Positions 59,288-64,000 of a DNA stretch of 64,000 nucleotides are shown in pieces. The notes under the pieces are model-generated. The model had not been told where the DNA came from. It saw only the letters and a program-made list of their open reading frames with translations, and did not search any database. The position numbers and the translations under genes were made by a program. Within the stretch, counting starts at the first letter, position 1. Each line of letters begins with the position of its first letter. Source of the stretch: Planctomycetota bacterium (GTDB lineage Bacteria; Planctomycetota; GCA-002687715; DRQF01); the NCBI GenBank assembly GCA_036479435.1, contig JAZGFI010000252.1, positions 1-64,000 on the forward strand, written 5' to 3'.

Positions 59288-60544
59288 CTACTTGCCAGCC
59301 AGTTCCTTCAGCTCGGCAATCTGGTCAGCGTATTGAACGCGGACTTCGGCAAAGGTATTGGCGAACTTCTTCATGTATGGCTCGGCGGTGTCCGGGTCCT
59401 TAACGAGTGAGCCTAAGCTCGACGAGGTCTTCAAGATCGATAAGAAGTTGCGGAGATCACTTCGCGACAACGATTTTGCCGTTTCTAGGAGTTCCTGGGT
59501 GCTCCCTCCCCATTGTCCCAATGCGGATTTGCTAGACCTCTGCGCCATTCCTGTCTGGTAGATCAACGCGACTTCCGGGTAGCTGCTCTTCTTGAGAGCA
59601 GCGATGGCAAGCTTGAGCCCGGCAATCGAATTCTTGTCGGACCACGATTGCCCAATGGCAATTTGGCCGTAGGATTGCACCAGAACGAGAGCAAAAGCAT
59701 TCTTTGCGGCCTGTTTCGGGAACCATCTCGCAATCTTGTCGACCTGGTCCCGAAGGTCTGCACGATAGAAAGACTCCACAATCTTCGAGAGCGTTGCTTC
59801 GAAGCCAGCCGGCAGCTTGAAATTGGACTTGCCGGCTTGGATGAAGTCGAGGTTCTCCATGATTTGGTCGCGATCGCTGTTCTTGAAACTGTCTCTCTCG
59901 ATTCTCTCCGCCATCTCAGTAGTTGATACTAGCGCGAAATGCCACTGGACTGTTCGGTCCAGTTTGGTGTACTGCTCTTCGATCTGTGTGTCGAACTCTG
60001 CAATCTTCGCGCTGTTTTTCTTGTCGAAACCGTTAAAGATGTGAACTGATGCTTCCTCTGCTGCTTTTTTCGTGATGTCCGGAATCAGGCCAGCCAGGTG
60101 GAGCCTGTTTTGCTCCTTCGCGTCCACTGCTCGCTGAGTAATGTCATCACGCAAATCCCGAATACTGAAAGCGCCCGCCGCGATGGCTACCACGACGACC
60201 CCGCTGACAAGAGCTCGCCAGCGATTCTCTCGCCGCGAAATCCGTTCGTCCGCCAGAGCGGCGGCTCTCATGGCGAAGTGACGTTCCCATATCCCGTGCG
60301 TATCCTCGGATAGGCCTGGTCCGAACGCTGGTGCGAGAGGCTTTTCGCCTCGGATCTTGGAAACCCCAACAACCCAACTCGAAAGAGTTGGCGTGTCGAC
60401 TCCGATCCCCTGAGCCACCCGGTGCATTCGGTCCGGGTCTTGGCTTAGCTCAAGCAGTTTGTCGTAGGTGCCGATTCCCAGCTGTTCTAGCCGTACTATC
60501 TTGTCTCTTGTCAACTTCATTGCCGTCGGGACGATTCTGCTCAT
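59288..60544 (-). CDS. Hypothetical protein: N-terminal DUF4332/HhH-like segment, single TM, helical C-terminal domain
   Basis: LEQLGIGTYDKLL...VAQGIGVDTPTLSSWV; TM ALVSGVVVVAIAAGAFSI; GAGG RBS. Confidence 0.7.
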   Translation of the reverse strand: MSRIVPTAMKLTRDKIVRLEQLGIGTYDKLLELSQDPDRMHRVAQGIGVDTPTLSSWVVGVSKIRGEKPLAPAFGPGLSEDTHGIWERHFAMRAAALADERISRRENRWRALVSGVVVVAIAAGAFSIRDLRDDITQRAVDAKEQNRLHLAGLIPDITKKAAEEASVHIFNGFDKKNSAKIAEFDTQIEEQYTKLDRTVQWHFALVSTTEMAERIERDSFKNSDRDQIMENLDFIQAGKSNFKLPAGFEATLSKIVESFYRADLRDQVDKIARWFPKQAAKNAFALVLVQSYGQIAIGQSWSDKNSIAGLKLAIAALKKSSYPEVALIYQTGMAQRSSKSALGQWGGSTQELLETAKSLSRSDLRNFLSILKTSSSLGSLVKDPDTAEPYMKKFANTFAEVRVQYADQIAELKELAGK

Positions 60545-60709
60545 TTTTTCCTCACCGAATCTATTTGGCTATTCCATGAATTACGATGGGACTGCGCCGG
60601 GACTCAGTTGTGCTTGCGGCCGCCGACCAAATATCAATGTCGAGGGCAACTAACCTCGGCAGCCGTTCTTGTCGCAGCTCGCAGCTGGTTGATTACATGA
60701 TCCATTGGC

Positions 60710-61273
60710 CTACTCCGGAGATTTCTCCAAGTCCCCCAGAATTTTCTGGAGCTGAGCGATCCGCTCCTTTACTTGCGACGCACTAAACTCGATGTTTGAG
60801 AGCGTCGGGTTGCCTTCAAGTTCTTTCTCGATCAGGAACTTAGAGCATTTCGCCAGATCTTGCAACAAACGAACATACTGGGCTTGATTGATCCATTTGT
60901 TTGCTCGCGCTTCGGCGATGCGATAGGTGCCGTCGCGAAAGAAAGTCACGCCTTGGCTCCGGCGCCCCAATCGTTGGAAACTCGTGGCGAGAATGCGGGC
61001 AAACTCGACGTTGCCCTTCCCTTTTCCGGCGATATCCGCAGATGCAGCGAGTTTCGTCAGGCTCGCAATCTCGGTGTAAGCATCGGGCGAGGGCTCAGCC
61101 ACAAATTCGCCAGTTTTCTTGTTCACCAACACCAGACGCCGGTCCGCAGTGGTTGCCAAGGTTCCCGTCATCCCGACGCTATCCTCGATAACCGGCTTTT
61201 CGATCGGTGGCGTGAAGACAGCGCAGCCGCTTGTGAGGGCCATGACTGCTGCAAGCAAAAAGTACCTTGTCAT
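60710..61273 (-). CDS. Hypothetical lipoprotein
   Basis: MTRYFLLAAVMALTSG-C lipobox; AEPSPDA and RSQG..FFRDGTYR motifs. Confidence 0.75.
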   Translation of the reverse strand: MTRYFLLAAVMALTSGCAVFTPPIEKPVIEDSVGMTGTLATTADRRLVLVNKKTGEFVAEPSPDAYTEIASLTKLAASADIAGKGKGNVEFARILATSFQRLGRRSQGVTFFRDGTYRIAEARANKWINQAQYVRLLQDLAKCSKFLIEKELEGNPTLSNIEFSASQVKERIAQLQKILGDLEKSPE

Positions 61274-61506
61274 TCTCAATCTCCAAATCGGACGCTTTCG
61301 TGCCCAACTGTCCGCTGGGCGCTCGGGAATCTGGTGCCCCGAAATACGCCCGCTAAATCACTAAGGATCAAGCAATGGAAACGCGAACAACAAAACGGTT
61401 GGAAATCTGAGGCGCTGCGATTATTGCTGTTTGACATGGGCCCTTGGAGATAGGAGGCCAACTCGTCGAAGCGAGAAGGCCTCCCTTGCAGTCGATTCAG
61501 GTGTGC

Positions 61507-62067
61507 TTAGTTCCCGGGGCAGGCGTGAATAAGCGCCGCCGTGACGAACAGATTACCGCCGGCAGGAGCGTCGCTATCATCGTCACCAGGCATCTGCCCA
61601 TTCCAAAACTTCCAGTCACCTTTTCCGGCACTGAATCGGTATTGAACGTAGTGCTCGATAGTGTCGTACCAAGTGTCGCCGCGCAACTGGCACTTGATTC
61701 CCGGCGGCTTACTATCACGACTTTTTTCCGGGATCTCCGGAGTGAAGCCCTTCCCGCTATCTTCAGGAGCATCTTCAAGGTAGCAGCTGAACACTTGATA
61801 TTTATTGACAAGCTTTAGTTCGAGCCCTTTCAATCCAATGCCCCGACAAATCAACCCATTCATGCAGTCCATCAAGCCTTGAGGCTCGTGATTGTCGATC
61901 GTCTCAGCCTTCATTTGGGTGCTTGCCCAGGTTGCGAGGTGAGCCGGCAGAAAGCATTGGTAGAAGACTCCCTGCATGTTGTGGGCGTCTTCCCGTGCAT
62001 TGGAGCGGTCGGGTCCTACACCTTCATATCCCAAGGCAAGATGCCGCCACCAAAGAACTTCACTCAT
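61507..62067 (-). CDS. Hypothetical protein
   Basis: 186-aa ORF with AAAGGAA RBS, 15 nt after the kinase stop, followed by a GGAGGCC...GGCCTCC hairpin. Confidence 0.6.
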   Translation of the reverse strand: MSEVLWWRHLALGYEGVGPDRSNAREDAHNMQGVFYQCFLPAHLATWASTQMKAETIDNHEPQGLMDCMNGLICRGIGLKGLELKLVNKYQVFSCYLEDAPEDSGKGFTPEIPEKSRDSKPPGIKCQLRGDTWYDTIEHYVQYRFSAGKGDWKFWNGQMPGDDDSDAPAGGNLFVTAALIHACPGN

Positions 62068-62082
62068 CAGCTGTTCCTTTCA

Positions 62083-64000
62083 TCAGTTCTTACGCAAAGA
62101 GCGAGCACAGCGAAAACCGACACTTCGGTTGTGCGCCGAATGCTCACTGAAAAAATTCAGGTCATTCCACTTTCCGGGCGCAAACATCGGCGGTGAGGAC
62201 CAGCCGTTGCCGCAGACGCCACGCTTGGAATCGTTGGAGAAAGCTTGGCGGTTTACGAAGTCGACCATAGGGGTGTCGACCCATTCACTAACGTTCCCGA
62301 ACATGTCCAGAGCCCCGCAGGGGCTACAGTCTCCGGAGTGCGAGCCAACCGGGCTGACGCCCCGCAGCAAGGGGGTGCTCACTCCGCGCCCAACGACCGA
62401 TTTCGCGGACATTCCTTCGGCACTCTGCCCCCAGGGGAAAGGTGCCATGTTGCCGCCACGAGCCGCGAGGTGCCATTCCGCCAGCGAAGGAAGGCGTTTT
62501 CCGATCCACTCGCAGTATTGCATGGCATGAACCCACGAAACGCCAGCGACCGGTAAGTCCGCCCATTCTGGCTCGTACTCAGTGGTCCAAGACTTGGGCC
62601 GGCTTACGTATTGGTGAGCATCCATGAAAACCTTGTATTCGGCGCAGGTCACTTCACATCGGTCGATCAGGAAAGATGGAATCACGATCTTTCTTTGCCG
62701 GTAAACAGTCGAGGTTTCGGACGGGTCGCCAAAAACGACTTCGCGTCCTTGAACATGGACCATGGTCGCTTCATCAAATCGAAAATGCTGTTCGCGAACC
62801 AAAATATCTGAATCTGCAAGGATGTGGCGGGAAAACTCAGCATGACGCCCGCGATGGTCTTCTACGACGATGAGATATCGTCCCTGCGGAATCGACCCTC
62901 CCGCCTCGTGTTCAAGGCTTGCGATCATGGGTGTTCGACCAGGAAGCCCCGTCACTGGACCCAATTCGAATACACTGACACGCTGAATCACGACTCCTTC
63001 AGCCGCGCGAACGCTGATTGTAAGTGAGGGCAGATAATCACGCCAAGCATCGCCAGATGCGTTGGGGTTCAGCAGAAGTTCGGCCGAGACGACGCTCTGC
63101 AGAGCCTTCAGCAGTCTTGCCTGGGATGGTGTTTCCCAGGCTTCAGAACTCTCGAGATTCGACTGTCGCCCTTTGGCAATAATGGCTCGGCCCGTCGTAC
63201 GCTCACGTTCAGCTCCTGAACGAATCCAACCGACGATTTCACGGCATCGTTCCTGGTCCGAGTTTTGTCCTGTTCCCTCTTCGACCCAAGCTTCAAGGTC
63301 TCGAAGCAGTGCGAAGTTTTGGGCCGGGGTTGCTAAGAAGATCTCCGAACGCTTTACTTCAGCGGTCACCAGATTTCTCTTGGTCCAGATGGAACGTTGC
63401 TCAAAGTTGCGCATGGCAAACACCGCCGTCACCATAAGCGCCCCAATGCCTATGATGGTGAAATACCGCCATCGAAACTCAACGAGATGGGTACGCACGG
63501 TTACCGCAATCCCCGCACCACTAGCCGCCAAGGGGCGGCCAGCGAGAAACCGACGTAGGTCTTCTTCAAAAGCACCCGATGACGTGTAGCGATCACGAGG
63601 TCGTCTTGAGAGTGCCTTTCGACAGATTTGAGTCAGTGCCTTTGGCGCCTGCGGCAAGTGGTCTTTTAGAGACGCCGCTCGCCCCTCTGTGATCGACTTA
63701 ATTAGTGAGGACTCTGAACGAGTGTCAAATGGCAAGCGTCCGCTCAGGAGATTGAAGAGAGTCACGGCGAGCCCCCAGACGTCGCCCTGCCCAAAGTCCT
63801 CGGGGTGGCCATTGAGGCGCCCCGGAGACAAGAAGGGGAGTGTTCCGAGCAATTCTCCGTTCCGTGTGACCGAGCTGATACCTTGTCTTTTGGCCAATCC
63901 GAAATCGACGAGCCGAGGGCGTTGATGCCGATCAACGATGATGTTCCCTGGTTTTACGTCACGGTGTTCCACGCCTCTCCCATGGCAGTGTGAAAGTGCA
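62083..64000 (-). CDS. Ser/Thr kinase - TM - FGE/SUMF1-like fusion (5' end outside window)
   Basis: Frame open to the window edge (ALSHCHGRGVEHRDVKPGN), DFGLAK, GTLPFLSP; C-terminal IDRCEVT, PVAGVSW, KRLPSLAEW, DMFGNVSEW, VGFRCAR. Confidence 0.9.
   Translation of the reverse strand, partial: ALSHCHGRGVEHRDVKPGNIIVDRHQRPRLVDFGLAKRQGISSVTRNGELLGTLPFLSPGRLNGHPEDFGQGDVWGLAVTLFNLLSGRLPFDTRSESSLIKSITEGRAASLKDHLPQAPKALTQICRKALSRRPRDRYTSSGAFEEDLRRFLAGRPLAASGAGIAVTVRTHLVEFRWRYFTIIGIGALMVTAVFAMRNFEQRSIWTKRNLVTAEVKRSEIFLATPAQNFALLRDLEAWVEEGTGQNSDQERCREIVGWIRSGAERERTTGRAIIAKGRQSNLESSEAWETPSQARLLKALQSVVSAELLLNPNASGDAWRDYLPSLTISVRAAEGVVIQRVSVFELGPVTGLPGRTPMIASLEHEAGGSIPQGRYLIVVEDHRGRHAEFSRHILADSDILVREQHFRFDEATMVHVQGREVVFGDPSETSTVYRQRKIVIPSFLIDRCEVTCAEYKVFMDAHQYVSRPKSWTTEYEPEWADLPVAGVSWVHAMQYCEWIGKRLPSLAEWHLAARGGNMAPFPWGQSAEGMSAKSVVGRGVSTPLLRGVSPVGSHSGDCSPCGALDMFGNVSEWVDTPMVDFVNRQAFSNDSKRGVCGNGWSSPPMFAPGKWNDLNFFSEHSAHNRSVGFRCARSLRKN

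Noticed and set aside
60645..60695. Possible integron attC site between the orphan genes
   Set aside because: Poor RYYYAAC/GTTRRRY boxes, weak internal pairing and no integron integrase.

Overview
A 64-kb, GC-rich bacterial chromosome segment. It looks Planctomycetota-like, an inference from several Hanks-type Ser/Thr kinases, kinase-FGE fusions and DUF4388/DUF1570-type proteins. The housekeeping backbone comprises ffs (SRP RNA)-dnaX-ybaB-recR-rpoN, a methylmalonyl-CoA epimerase/acyl-CoA carboxylase cluster, gcvT-H-PA-PB plus a lipoate ligase, kdsB-pyrG, an NtrC/NtrX-type regulator, anmK, tRNA-Thr(CGT), an SLC13 transporter and an RNase HII-like gene. Accessory material includes a Phd-VapC pair, an orphan antitoxin enclosed by 37-bp inverted repeats, a MITE-like palindromic element, a YjjJ/HipA-type toxin and a block of hypothetical genes at the right end. 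The most notable observations are: (1) a 1432-aa protein with a voltage-sensor (S1-S4) module but no recognisable pore, immediately after the SLC13 gene; (2) a degenerate membrane-anchored MglA-like pseudo-GTPase paired with a DUF4388-TPR-beta-propeller protein; (3) an in-frame TGA in a 'DWL*MCL' motif followed by a SECIS-like hairpin, a candidate U-x-C selenoprotein whose copy here is damaged; (4) an SRP RNA lacking the GNRA tetraloop; (5) the inverted-repeat-bounded antitoxin cassette. All family assignments come from motif recognition by eye; no searches were run.
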